DNA of 62,000 bases from Chiloscyllium plagiosum (lineage: Eukaryota), in NCBI RefSeq assembly GCF_004010195.1, contig NC_057753.1:13565628-13627627 (forward strand). Direction: 5' to 3'. The position numbers and the translations under genes are program-made. Every line of letters begins with the position of its first letter. Position 1 is the first letter of the stretch. Below, one piece after another: positions 35,448 to 47,460 of this stretch. The notes under the pieces are model-generated. The model was not told the DNA's origin. It searched no databases and worked only from the letters and a program-made list of their open reading frames with translations.

Positions 35448-37149
35448 TTACCTCAGAGGACTGAATGGGCTCTCTCTCTCATCTGCCACAATGATTCTAT
35501 GATCCAAAGACAAGAAGATCAGTTGCTACAATCTCCCGAATCCTTGATGACATTCCCATAATTACTGTGGAAGCCATTTTGTGGCCTTGCTAACCGGAAG
35601 TCATTTTCTTTGTGCCTTCCTCGACTGCCCTGAAAATCATAACTAAAATAATTGTTGAAACTAACCATGTGACAGGTTCGGTGTCACAGCTTGACCTGAC
35701 CTCATAGGGAGGAGATAAAGTCCATCCACAAGAGAGAAAGCATTGTCAAAAATCGACAGCTGCTTATCCCTGTTCTGTACTCCTGCAAAAATGTACTAAA
35801 TAGAATGACTGTCTGCAATTAAGTGTCAGCTTAAGCAATCAGTAAAACTCATATATAACCGCCTGTTAATTTGTGACTCCTGGGGTAAGAGAGAGTGCCC
35901 AGTGAAGAATTCGAGTCCATTCCTAAATGGCCTCTGTTTTTCCCCAAGTTTTGGTGCTGCCTTGCCTTGGTTTGAGTTTTTACCCTCAAGTGACCCTAGC
36001 TGTGCTTTCTGCATAACTCATGGAATACATTATCTGTAGAATGTCGCTAATCAGCATGTGAATACAAAGTATTAACTTAAATCGAAGAACAACACACCTT
36101 TAATGTACACTCTTGGCAAGACCTCAGTTTGCTTCATGCCAATGCAAGTTGGCTATCTAGTGGCTATTTTGTAGTACTGTGTTTAGTTAAGCAAATTATC
36201 AACTGGACCCTGTATTATCAACTGAACCTTGCTGAACTGTATTGTTTCGAAGCAGTAGTGATCCGTTTCTTTTACGGACTGGCTGCTTCCCAATATATAT
36301 GTTGAGATTTAATCAATTTGGTTAGTTCTTAAGGTCTGCGTCCGAGATTTTCTTCAACAATTCCTGTCTCTAACATCTCAAAAAGGAACTTAATATATTT
36401 CTGCAAAGGCATGGCCCGTATTTGGTTTCCTTTCGACAAGAATAGAACTGAAAAGGAGCAAGATATGTTTCACTTACTTCAACCTAATGTTTGACTCCAC
36501 TGCGAGCGCTGTCAAAATTTGCCATTTCTATTTAGACAAAGGAAATAGGGGAAAACGTTTCACGTGAATTTTCAAAAAAAATAATAGAACTGGGAGCATG
36601 TAACTCAGGAAAGGCTGGGGAGCTTTTCAAGGGGGATCTGGTGGATTTTTTTTTTTTAAATGATGAAGGACTTTAATAATCCAACAAGGATTTCATAAGA
36701 AACCTCTTTACCCAGTCAGGGGCGAAAACGTGACAATCACTCTCACAACAAGTAGTTGAGAGTAGAAAAGAACTGGAAGCTGGATTCAGACTTGAGAGAG
36801 AAGGATCTGTTGATGTAGGGAGATAAGACAGGAAGGCCGAGGGTGATGTGGAGTGTTAGTACTGACAGAGTACAACTGAGGCCACTTGTCTGGCTCTATG
36901 ATGTCAACTCAATGGGACACAGTCAAGCATTTAGTCTTAATTAGAGTGATAGGAAATATATTATGGACAGTTGAAGACAAAAGAAATGTCTTTCATCATG
37001 TTTTGTCGATCGATTTCATGGGAATATGCAAAATTGTGAGAGCGGCCAGTCAAGCAGTAAGAAATCCTGTGAACCATCCACTTCACCACTGTGATGAACG
37101 TGGCTCAGATGTGGATGTGATCTTCCCTCATTTTAAAATCAGTTCATAG

Positions 37150-37420
37150 GGTATGGTATCAATATCGGGGTTAACATTTATTTCCCCTCGCTAATTGTCT
37201 TCCTTGAGAAGATAGTGGTGATCTGCCTTTTTCAATTGCAGTCCTTGTAGTGTCGAAACTTTCACAATGCTGTTAGGGAGGAATTCCAGAATTTTGACCC
37301 AGTATAATTCCAGGCGAGGATGTTGTGCGGCATGGAGGGGAGTTTGCAGGCGGTGATAGTCTCAGGTTGCCTTTGATTTTCTAGATGGTAGAGGTTAACA
37401 GTTTGGAAGGTGCTGTCTAA
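37150..37420 (-). mobile_element. Old CR1/L2-group LINE 3' end downstream of a ZNF pseudogene
   Basis: Same family, orientation and relative position as 5510-5750. Confidence 0.7.
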
Positions 37421-37639
37421 GATCACAGATACAGCTGAATTCTGTGAATGGTGCGATGTTTCTGAATGCTGAGACCGGTTGAAGCTACCTCCAGAATCAT
37501 TTCACCAAAAGACACTCACTTGGGTGTATATGTTTCAGCCTTCTCCAGACAAGCAGATGGTTAAATAAGTTTGAACGAGACATTCCTCCATATATGGTTC
37601 CAAGCTGACGATTTACAGCTGAACCAACTCTCCTATTCA

Positions 37640-38660
37640 CTTGTGAATTCGCTTATGTTTCTGCAGGTTTGATGATTCAAGACTTGCAACAGATGAATAG
37701 CTTAGCCCAGTATGAATTCGCTGGTGTATCTGGAGGTCAGTTGTATATCGTAATTGCTTCCGAACGCTTGCAAGATTTGAATGGTCCCTCCCCTGTGTGA
37801 ATTCTTTGGTGTCTCAGCAAGATTGATGACAGAGTTAATTCCATTCCACAATCTGAGCAAGTAAATGGCCTCTCTCCATTGTGAACACGCTGGTGCATCT
37901 ACAGACTGGATAACTGAGCGAATACCTTTCCGCATTTCGAGCAGGGGAATAGCCTGTCCTCAGTGAGAACTCGCTGGTGTCTCAGCAGGGTGAAATATTC
38001 ACGGAACTTTTTCCCACACTCAGAGAACGTGAACGACCTCTCTTCAGTGGCAATAGTCTTGTGTTTGCGCAGGGCAGATGAGTCAGAGAATTCCTCCCAC
38101 ATTCAGAGCAGGTGAATGGCCTCCCCTTGGTGTGACTTTGTTGGTGTAACTTCAGGGTTGACAGGGTATGGAATCCTTTCCCACAGTCCTCACATCACCA
38201 TGGTTTCTCCATGTTATGAGTGGCATGTATCTCTGTAAATCTCTGACCATAAGCTGAATCCTCATCCAGCAGAATGCAGATACAGTTCTTTGTGGTCTTC
38301 TTCAACCGGTCTCAGCATACAGAAACATTGTACATTCTTACTGTGAATGGTGCGATGTTTCTGAATGCTGAGACCGGTTGAAGCTACCTCCAGAATCATT
38401 TCACCAAAAGACACTCACTTGGGTGTATATGTTTCAGCCTTCTCCAGACAAGCAGATGGTTTAATAATTTTGAACGAGACATTCCTCCATATATGGTTCC
38501 AAGCTGACGATATTCAAGTCCCAGTCATTTCAATGACTCTTTCAGGCATTCTTGTGATGGTTGATTTGCGATTTATAAATCTTCCCTTCCTATAAAAGAG
38601 TTATAAAATTAATCACTTAGAGATTCTGGACACAAATCTAGTTTGTCTGGATTACTTTTT
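37640..38660 (-). pseudogene. C2H2 zinc-finger pseudogene
   Basis: MEKPW-type start near 38212, decayed fingers ([34 protein letters not shown]) with stops and frameshifts. Confidence 0.85.
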
Positions 38661-38783
38661 TTTTCTCTCCCGTTCCCTGAAATCAGTATACCTCCATTCC
38701 ACAATCTTTCCCACCATTCTCATTCTGTAGCACCTAAAATTCTCATACTCCCCATTATCCAGAAGGAGCTGGTTAACAGATCC

Positions 38784-38873
38784 TGTTCTGAGGAAGGGTC
38801 ACTCGACCCAAAACGTTAACTCTGATTTCTTTCCACAGATGCTGCCGACCTTTTGCAACAACTTGTGTTTTTG
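38784..38873 (+). mobile_element. 90-bp PLE pLTR insertion with near-intact hammerhead and TSD
   Basis: GTT-CTGAGGA-AGGGTC-ACTC-GACCC-AAAAC-GTT-AAC (G12 to A); TSD TAACAGATCC at 38774-38783 and 38874-38883. Confidence 0.8.
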
Positions 38874-39309
38874 TAACAGATCCGTGACCCGCACCCTCCT
38901 TAGGTTGAATTCATTTCCTTTTAGTTGTTGCAAGTAAATAGCTTGAGCGCAGAAGTTTCTTTTTTAAAAAGAAGAAACCTAAAGACATAGTTGTGCTCAT
39001 AGATTTCGGACGGGAGGAGGTTTCAGTCTGGATGAAGCTCAATCTTTATTAGAGAGGAGAAGCAGGAGCAACAGCTTTACTGGGCAGAAATGAGCAGTTT
39101 CAGAACCTCATTGCTGCACGTCTGCACTCAGACCATAAGGGAGCTCTGATTGGCTGGAAATTGAAAATTCTTCTGGTCCTTTGGCATTTCCCATTAGTCA
39201 AATTACTGGATTGTGACGGAAAAAGGTGCAGAACACGAATCCATATGAGATTGCAAGAAACTGGGATCCATGACGTGACGTTCCAGCCAATAGAAAAAGA
39301 AGATGGAGT

Positions 39310-40055
39310 GATAACGCGAGGTGATGAGTTTTGGAAAGTCAAGGACAGTTGGAAATTATACAGTGAATTGCAGAACCCTTAGGAGTACTGATATGCAGGT
39401 CCACAGATCATATAAGGTGGCAGCACAGGTAGATAAGTTAGTGAAAAGACCTATAGTATGCCTGCCTTCGTTAGTAGGGACACTGAGACTAAGGATAGGA
39501 AAGTTAAGGTGCAGCTTTACAGAAATTATAGTTAGGCCACACTTGGAATGTTGCATACAGCTCTGATTACCACACTGCCAGAAGGATGTGGAGAGGGTAC
39601 AAAAAACATTTACCATGATGTTGTCTGGTATGGGGACTTCTAGATATGAAGAAAGATTGGATCGGCGGGCTTTGCTTTTACTGGAACACAGAAGGTTGAG
39701 GGGCGATCTGCTAGATTGCTAAAAGTTTGAGAATGACATGGTAGTGTGAAAAGTATGAGAATTTTCCCAGATCGGAGGGGTCAATTACGAGGGGACACAG
39801 ATTCAAGGTATGAATGGGGCAATTTAAAAGAGATATGCGAGACTTCACTCAATGTATGGTGAGTGCCTGGAAGGCGTTGCCAGAGGAGTGGAAGCAAGCA
39901 CATCAGCAGAATTCAAGAAACACCTGGACGAATGCATGAATAGGAAGTGAATAGCTGAACACAGATGCTATAAGTGAAGACAGTTTAAGTATGGTACGGC
40001 AATATGTGTCAGTGAACGCTTGAAGGGCTGAATGACCTGTTCCAGCGCTGTATCC
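39310..40055 (+). mobile_element. Decayed CR1-type LINE 3' fragment
   Basis: QVHRSYKVAAQVDK...VRPHLECCIQ and 3' UTR. Confidence 0.85.
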
Positions 40056-40124
40056 TCCACCAATGTGATAGGATTTACTTAGTTTGGAAGTTTACAGGGA
40101 AGTTCACATGATCATTGAATTTTT

Positions 40125-40325
40125 CTTCTTTTTTCTTCCCCCACACACTACCACCTAACAGCAGTGTGCTTATTTTCCCCCAGCACCCATGTTGTGTGTG
40201 CTGGTGTAAGACACAGTTAATGAACAACAAGTACACAAAACTTTATCCATGTTCCACCAACAGGAAGAAAGGAAACATCCAAGTGGCCACTGACAAACAG
40301 CGCCCTTCTGGTCAAAGGGCAATGT
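40125..40325 (-). mobile_element. Tx1-like LINE 3' UTR fragment
   Basis: Similar to 4535-4730 (CACACTACCACCTAA...CCCCCAGCACCCATG...AGTGGCCA-TGACAAACA). Confidence 0.75.
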
Positions 40326-40599
40326 TCATTGTGTTAACACCAAACGGAAGCTGTTTCTATCTTCTGTGTGTGAGCAGTCCATCCCAAACCACTGTGACAC
40401 TGCTGACTTCAGATGTGACAGGAGGTTTGAATTCTCTCATTGCTGCTGTCTGGCTGGTGGCATTCATCCTTCACAAATTCACATTCCCCTCCTTTTTTTG
40501 GTGGACTGCGAAAAGTTCAGGAGGTTGGACTTGCGTATCTCTCGCTTCGTGTACTGACTGCGCCTCCCTCCCTCGTCTCCAAACCCGTAAATTCCTTTT

Positions 40600-41090
40600 T
40601 AAGGAAAGGTCACCATCCGCAATTCGGTCAAACGAATGGCGGCAACTTTACCCATCACCCCTCGCGGCGGTGACAGTGGCCGGGGCACTTCGCCCAAGAA
40701 GGCGGTGCGCAGGCGCGGCGCCTGGAGCAGGCCGGGGAGCGACGGCCGGACGGGGCCCCCTCCGGGGAACAAGGCGGGGTGCGTGTGACCACAAAGGCCG
40801 GGCAGGGTCGCTGCAGGTCCCGGGGTTTGCAGAGAGTGAGGGGGCAGCCGGACTGACCGGGATGGGTTTTTGTTTTTGTAAACTCCCTTTCCCAGGCGGG
40901 GAGGCGTCTGCAAGTTGCAGCCCAGATGGAGGGAGGCAGCGCTTGCACCCCCACCCACCCTCCCAGCCCACGTCCTTGCACCGATGCAGATGAGGTTCAC
41001 CAAATGAAAATAATGCAGCCTTTGCGAAAGATGGGAGCGGGTTGCGGCCTTCGAGGAAGGCTCCGCAGCGATCTGACCGAGAGCAGCTTG
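40600..41090 (+). promoter_or_regulatory. CpG island, probable promoter and first exon of the 42-kb ZNF gene
   Basis: GC/CpG-rich; YY1-like AATGGCGGC, NRF1-like TGCGCAGGCGCG, GC box; acceptor TCTTTCTCCAG| at 41355 downstream. Confidence 0.7.
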
Positions 41091-41707
41091 AACTGATCAA
41101 GTGTCTTGGATTGGGGGGGGGGGGGGGGGTCAGTTGTGTGGAAGCCAGCAAAATAGTCCAGACAAAAAGCAGTGAGGAAGGAAATTAGGGATAGTCTGCG
41201 AAGGAGAAGGGATTAGAAAAAAAAAATGTGTCAGAAAACTGAGGTGAGGTTGATGGAAATGGAAGGGAAAACATTTTTTAAGCAGAGTAAATGGACCGAA
41301 TAGCCTGATTGTTTGTTTTGTATTCGAATTATTTCATTCCAAGTTCTTTCTCCAGGCATTTCGAAGGTTGTTTTCGAATCCAGAAGGCGAGGTAATGCAT
41401 CGCGTCGAAATCTGAGAGCCATTCAGTTCATCAGAATCTGAACATCATCGGCCTCTGGATGTGGAGTGGGAAACGCCTGCCTCCAAGAAAAGAGTTTGAA
41501 CATCAGTTTCACTGCAAAAGCACCAAGACACACGGACTTGAGGAATAATATTCCACTGAACTGACTTTGGAAAGAGCAGTAACAAGTTACTCAGCCTGAA
41601 AATTAATTGCGCCATCCACAACACGGAGAGACCGCCCATGTATTTAGTCTGTGGAGATCAGTTTAAATCAATCGTTGATCCTGGAAGGAATCAAGGACAC
41701 TGACACC

Positions 41708-42856
41708 ATGGAAAAACCATGGAAGTGTGGAGATTGTGGGAAGGGATTCCGTTACCCTTCAGGATTGGAAACTCATCAACGCAGTCACACTGGGGAGAGG
41801 CCGTTCAGCTGCTCTGTGTGTGGGAAAGGATTCACTCAGTCATCCAGCCTCTATACACACCAGCACGTTCACACTGGGGAGAAGCCATTCACCTGCTCTG
41901 TGTGTGGGCAGGGGTTTAATGCTTTATCAACCCTCCGGACCCACGAGCAAGTTCACTCTGATGAGAGACCATTTAAATGTTCTGACTGTGAGAAGAGTTT
42001 TAAAAGCAGAAAGGATATATTGATACATCAACGCAGTCACACTGGGGAGAGACCGTTCATCTGTAAAGTGTGTGGGAAAGGGTTCACTCAGTCATCCCAC
42101 CTCTTGACACACCAACTTGTTCACACTGATGAGAGACCTTTTAAATGTTCTGATTGTTTGAAGAGCTTTAAAAGTAAAAAGGATTTACTGAACCACCAAC
42201 GTGCTTTGACTGGGGAGAGACCGTTCATCTGCTCAGTTTGTGGGAAGGGATTCACTAGTTCATCCTACCTTCTGACACATCAATTTGTTCACACTGATGA
42301 GAGACCTTTTGGATGTCCTGACTGTGAGAAGAAATTTAAATGCAGAAAGCATTTGCTCAAACACCAGTACACTCACACTGGAGAGAGGCCATTCTCCTGC
42401 TCTATCTGTGGGAAAGGATTCACTCGATTATCCCACCTGCTGAGACACCATCGAGTTCACACAGGGGAGAGGCCATTCTCGTGTGCTGACTGCAAACAGG
42501 AGTTTGTTGATTCATCCGACCTTCTGATCCACCAGCGAGTTCACAGCGGGGAGAGACCATACACCTGCTCGCTGTGTGGCAAGCGATTCACTCAGTCATC
42601 CCATCTCACGACACACCAACTTGTTCATACTGAAGAGAGACCCTTTCAATGTTCTGACTGCGAGAAGAGGTTCAAAAGTAAACAGAATCTGCTGAAACAT
42701 AAACAAATTCACACTGGAGATGGACCGTTCATCTGCTCCGTGTGTGGGAAAGGATTCGCTCAATCTCACAACCTCCTGAGACACCAGCAACTTCACTTGC
42801 GAGAGCAGCAATTGGATTCTGCTGTTATTGCTGATGTTAACTGCATCCAGGAGTGA
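41708..42856 (+). CDS. C2H2 zinc-finger protein, 13 fingers (finger 6 lacks its last His), no effector domain seen
   Basis: Intact ORF from ACCATGG (MEKPWKC...) to LDSAVIADVNCIQE*. Confidence 0.9.
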   Translation: MEKPWKCGDCGKGFRYPSGLETHQRSHTGERPFSCSVCGKGFTQSSSLYTHQHVHTGEKPFTCSVCGQGFNALSTLRTHEQVHSDERPFKCSDCEKSFKSRKDILIHQRSHTGERPFICKVCGKGFTQSSHLLTHQLVHTDERPFKCSDCLKSFKSKKDLLNHQRALTGERPFICSVCGKGFTSSSYLLTHQFVHTDERPFGCPDCEKKFKCRKHLLKHQYTHTGERPFSCSICGKGFTRLSHLLRHHRVHTGERPFSCADCKQEFVDSSDLLIHQRVHSGERPYTCSLCGKRFTQSSHLTTHQLVHTEERPFQCSDCEKRFKSKQNLLKHKQIHTGDGPFICSVCGKGFAQSHNLLRHQQLHLREQQLDSAVIADVNCIQE

Positions 42857-43654
42857 ACTTTGTCTGGCTTCAGATTTCCAGTGATGTTCCACAGTTTTGT
42901 GGAATATATCAAAGCTTTAGACTTCAAAGTAGTGGTCCTGATGAAGAAATTTGTAGATATCACAGAAGTTGTCCGTGTGGTGGCCAATGAGGACTAAAGC
43001 TACAGACTGCATAATATCAATGGACAACTCCAACAGACCGAGGGCAAACAGGGCAAAGAAAATGCTCAAAGATTGGTCAGATACTGAGAAGTGTAGAAGA
43101 AGAGTGAGACCTTGGAGTGATGCCCACAAGTCCCTGAAGGTGGCTGGACAGGTAGTTACAGAGGTCAGTAAGGCATTTGGTTCACCCTAGAATATAAGAG
43201 CATGGAGATTATGCTGGAACTTCATAAAGCACTAGTTATAGCACAGTTGGAGTACTGAAGGCAGTTCTTGTCCTCACATTAATCAACTAGAAATTGAGAT
43301 TAGATTAATTATCATATAACTGAAGTTAATTTATTAATGTATTTACAGTCAGTTTGAATGCGAATAAAGATAAGACTAACCTACAAGCTTATAACAGGAA
43401 AAATTTCTGAACTTTATTAGCAAATTAAAATTTGCAGTATTTCAATAATAATAGTTAAGGAAAAACTTTGCTTACCTTCCAATAAAATAAGGTGACTTCT
43501 GCATAATGGAAGAATTTGATTAGTGAGTAGCTGATGAACCTTTCTTTATTTTAATCTGAAGTTTATTTAGAATTAGTTAAGAAGTAAACACATGGTAAGG
43601 AATCCCAGTCTCATGGACTGCACGCCAAGTTCCATGTGGGAAAACAAGGACAAT

Positions 43655-44325
43655 TAGAGTGACAGCACAGAAACAGGCCCTTTGGCCCGACTCATTCACG
43701 CGGCCCAGATTTGCTAAAATCAATGTGTCCCATTTTCCTGTGTTTGGCTAATATCTCGCTGTAACTTTCCTAGCCATGTACTTGTCCAAATGTCTTTTAA
43801 ATGTTATAATTGTACCCACCTCTACCACTATCTCGGGCTGCTCGTTCCATATACACACCAACCTCGAGATGATAAAGTTGCTCCTCAATAAACTATTCAA
43901 TCTTTCCCATTTCCCCTCTCATCTTAAACCCACAACCTCTTGTTCTGGACTCCTCTACACTGGCAAAAAAAATTCGCCTATTCACCTTATCTATGTTAAT
44001 AATGATTTTATAAACCTCTAAGATCTCCCCCCACCCCCCCGCCTCAGTCTGCACACTCCAGAGAAATAGGTCCCAACCAATCAAGCCCCTCCCCTGCCTA
44101 ATAACTCAAACCTTCCAGACTTGGAAAAATCCTAGTAAATCTTTTTGCACCCCTTCCCGTTGAAAAACATCCATCTTCTGCCAAGGTGACTAGAAATGTA
44201 TGTAGTATTTCAAATGTGGCCTCACTAATATCTTGTACAGCTGTAACATGATGTCCCAACACCTGTACTCAGTGCTGTGACCAGTGAAGCCAAGTATGTC
44301 AAGTACCTTCTTCATCACTGTCTCT
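43655..44325 (-). mobile_element. CR1-type LINE 3' fragment
   Basis: Minus strand WDIMLQLYKILVRPHLKY...EVYKII...ESRTRG and 3' UTR. Confidence 0.85.
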
Positions 44326-44369
44326 CTGCGATGCCAGGGACACAATGCTTGTGATTGAGAAGAACATTC

Positions 44370-44920
44370 ATTTGACTCAAGCTTAAGCATTGCACTGAGT
44401 TCTGGTCCCCACATTCCAGGATATATGTCATCACACCAGAGACCATATAGAGGAGATTAATGAGATGTTTTCAGGATTGGAGAATTTTAGCTGAAACGAA
44501 AAATTGGTCAGGCTGGGGTTGTTTTCTGTGGAACAGGAGACAGAAGTGAGATTTAATTGAAATGATAAGATTATGAGGAGTCCATATAGAGTAGACAGGA
44601 AGGAGCTATTCATTAACAGGAAGGTCAGTAATTGGAGGCTTTAGATTCAACGTAATTCACAGAAGTGGGGGTGGGGTTGGGGTTGGGGTTGGGGGCAGGT
44701 CATTTCACCTAGAGATAGTGGGGAGTTGGAACTCACCAAGTGACAGGTTGGTAAAGGCACAAATCTTCATCACATTAGAAAGAAACATGAAAGGATATGC
44801 TTGAAATGCAGAATGGACAGGGTTATGGATTAAAATCTGCCAAATAGGGTCAGCCTGGATAGTTCTATATAAACCACACAAACACCGTAGGTCAAGTGGC
44901 CTTGATATGTGCTGTAATGT
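44370..44920 (+). mobile_element. Old CR1 3' fragment, paralogous to 29330-30230
   Basis: TGGTCCCCACATTCCAGGAT...CAGGATTGGAGAATT shared with the 29-kb copy. Confidence 0.75.
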
Positions 44921-46189
44921 TTGAATTTTTAAAATTCCGACCATTGAAGGTTGTTTCTGCTGATGTTAATGACCTGTTATATTGAACTGGTGTTTAATAT
45001 TCTGGAGAAATGTTAATTAAATCAGCTTTGTTTCAAACACGTTGCTGTGGATTGTTGTGTTTCTGCCCCGAGTTTTCAATACCACCCGGAGCTCAGAAAG
45101 GACAGTCTTGGGGGAAGATCGTATGGCAGCAACAGACGTCAGCCTGGACACATCTTTCAGGTCACACTGAGGGGGACAAATGGCACTTTTGGTCTTTCTT
45201 GTCTCGCTTCTCCAACAGCAAAGCCTTGGTGTGGGTTAATCCTGCGGTAGTGTAAGACATGTGTCCCAACCACTGTCTTCCATGGCACAGAGCTCCTAGA
45301 CGTGGAACAGAACCTCATTTACAACTGGGTTTAGGGTCAGCGGACGAACAGTGAGTGCTGGAAATGTGGTTTAAATCAGAGATTAGTGTAAAGCTGTGAT
45401 CTGTTCCTGACTGGAAGTGAACCTGCAGGTTTGTTTCCCGTACATTGCTAAAAATAAAACACTGTTTTGCAATCCAAGCTGAGCTAGGAATTATCCTTCA
45501 TCAAGAGTATGACCAGTTGGGGAAGTTGGCAAAATATTAACTTTCATTTTTAAATAACCACATATAATACACCCATTGACTGGTCAGGAGGGTGTGCAAT
45601 AGGGGTTAGTGTTAGTGCTGGGAAGTGTTCCTTTTGAAGTAGTCTGACCTGAAACTGTCTACATTTAATTTATCACTTTCTAACGACATGGGACCTATCC
45701 CCATCTGTGTTCTTTTCAGTGTTGCAGGATTTGATTTCTCTTTTTTTCTTAAATCTCTGTGAAGTCGTGTTCTTGTTGTAACACTGAAATCCTAAGGGTT
45801 TGAATTCTTTAAAAAACTCTATCCCCATTGAGTACAGGAGTATTTGACTGGCTTTCAGTACTTATGGTATCAGTAAACGAGGACCTTGCAAGGTGTTTCT
45901 GAAAAATGTGCTGGAGAAACTCAGCAGGTCTGCCAGCACCGTGGCAAAACAGATAGTGTTTCAATTCCAATTATTCCTCTGCACAGAGGCTTCCAGATCT
46001 GCTGAATTTCTTCAACAGTTTTACTTATTATTGCAGCACACAGATGGACAGTCTCTATCCAGTGTGAATATGTGCATGTTGTGATCATTTAAAAACCAAG
46101 TCCTCCAGCTACAAAAGTATTACTACTATTTTAACTGCCAAAGACAAATGTTCATTCTTTGGTGTTAACAAGAGAAAACCTCCTTCAAC

Positions 46190-46930
46190 TGAACTTGTTC
46201 GTGAATTCGCTGGTGACTCACCAGGGATGACTAAGTGAATACATTACTTTCCCACAGTCAGAGCAGGTGAAAAGTTTCTCTCCATTGTGAACTCGGTGTT
46301 ACCAGGTTGGATGCCTGACTGAATCCCTTTCCACACACTGAGCGGTTGAACGGTTTCTCTCCACTGGTGTCTCAGCAGATCAGTTGTGAGAGTGAAATCC
46401 ATTCCACACATGGAGCAAGTGAACGGTTTCTCACCAGTATGAACTCACTGGTGTCTTTGCAGGGAGGATGGCTGAATGAATCCCTTCCCTGACTGGGAGC
46501 AGCTGAACAGTTTCTCCCGAGTGTGAACTTGCTGATGCATCCGAAGTGTGGATGACGAAATGACTCCCTTCCCGCACAGAGATCAAATGAATGGTCTCTC
46601 TCCAGTGTCAACAGGTTGGATGATGGTGTGAATCTCTTTCCCCCAGTCAGAGCAGGTGAATGCCTTCTCCCCAGTGTGACTGTGTTGGTGCGTTAGCTGG
46701 GATGGGTAAAAAAAAACCCCTTCACACAATTCCCATATTTCCACTGTCACTCTCCTGTGTATCTGCAATGGTGTTTGGACATTGTGAGATAAATGCTGGC
46801 AGACTCTGGCGCACACACAGTGGGTGTGACGTACTTTTTCCTTCCATGTTCAAAATCCTTTCGATTAACAGAATGCCTGTCAGACCTGGATGCTTACTCA
46901 TACGAATCTGCTAGTTGCAAATTAACCTTT
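46190..46930 (-). pseudogene. C2H2 zinc-finger pseudogene, about 7 decayed fingers
   Basis: FYPSQLTHQHSHTGEKAFTCSDWGK and further frameshifted fingers. Confidence 0.85.
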
Positions 46931-47114
46931 TGAACAGCAAACGAAAGGTTGTGAGAGAGGAGCGAGAAGAACATACACAGGTTGTGAAGTTGAGAGAAAC
47001 TGATCTGATCCTTTGTGGAGACAATACTTGGGGAAAAACATGACTAAGTAAGCTCTTGGACTATTATTAAAAGCCAACGTTGAAGTAAGTGAATGTTTGC
47101 ACAAATCCACAAAA

Positions 47115-47460
47115 GGAGAGTCAAAAGTGTGGTGCTGGAAAAGCACAGCAGATCAGGCAGCATCCGAGGAGCAGGAGAATCGACATATCAGGCATAAGCC
47201 CTTCAGGAATGTGGAAGGGGAGGGATGGGAATTGGGAGATAAATAGGAGGATGGGGGTTGGGGTGGGCTTGAAGGAAGCTGGAAAGGCGATAAGTAGGTG
47301 CAGGTGGGGTTTGATGGTGATGGGTCAGAGGGGAGGGTGGAGTGGATAGGTGGGAAGGAAGATGGGCAGGTTGGACAGTTCAAGGGGGCGGTGCCGAGTT
47401 TGAGGTTTGGAACTGGGATGAGGTGGGGGAGGGGAAGCAGAGCTGGGAGATTTAGTCATG
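47115..47460 (-). mobile_element. PLE 3' region and pLTR with decayed hammerhead
   Basis: GCTGGAAAAGCACAGCAG...GAGAATCGACATATCAGGCATAAGCCCTTCAGG followed by a purine-rich segment. Confidence 0.75.

Noticed and set aside
37442..38511. LTR retrotransposon capturing a ZNF array
   Set aside because: Repeats lack TG...CA ends, PBS, PPT and TSD, and are homologous to the ZNF 5' exon itself
40115..40993. 292-aa ORF and overlapping antisense ORFs
   Set aside because: Spans a Tx1 UTR fragment and a GC-rich CpG island; low-complexity translation with no domain; stop-poor by composition
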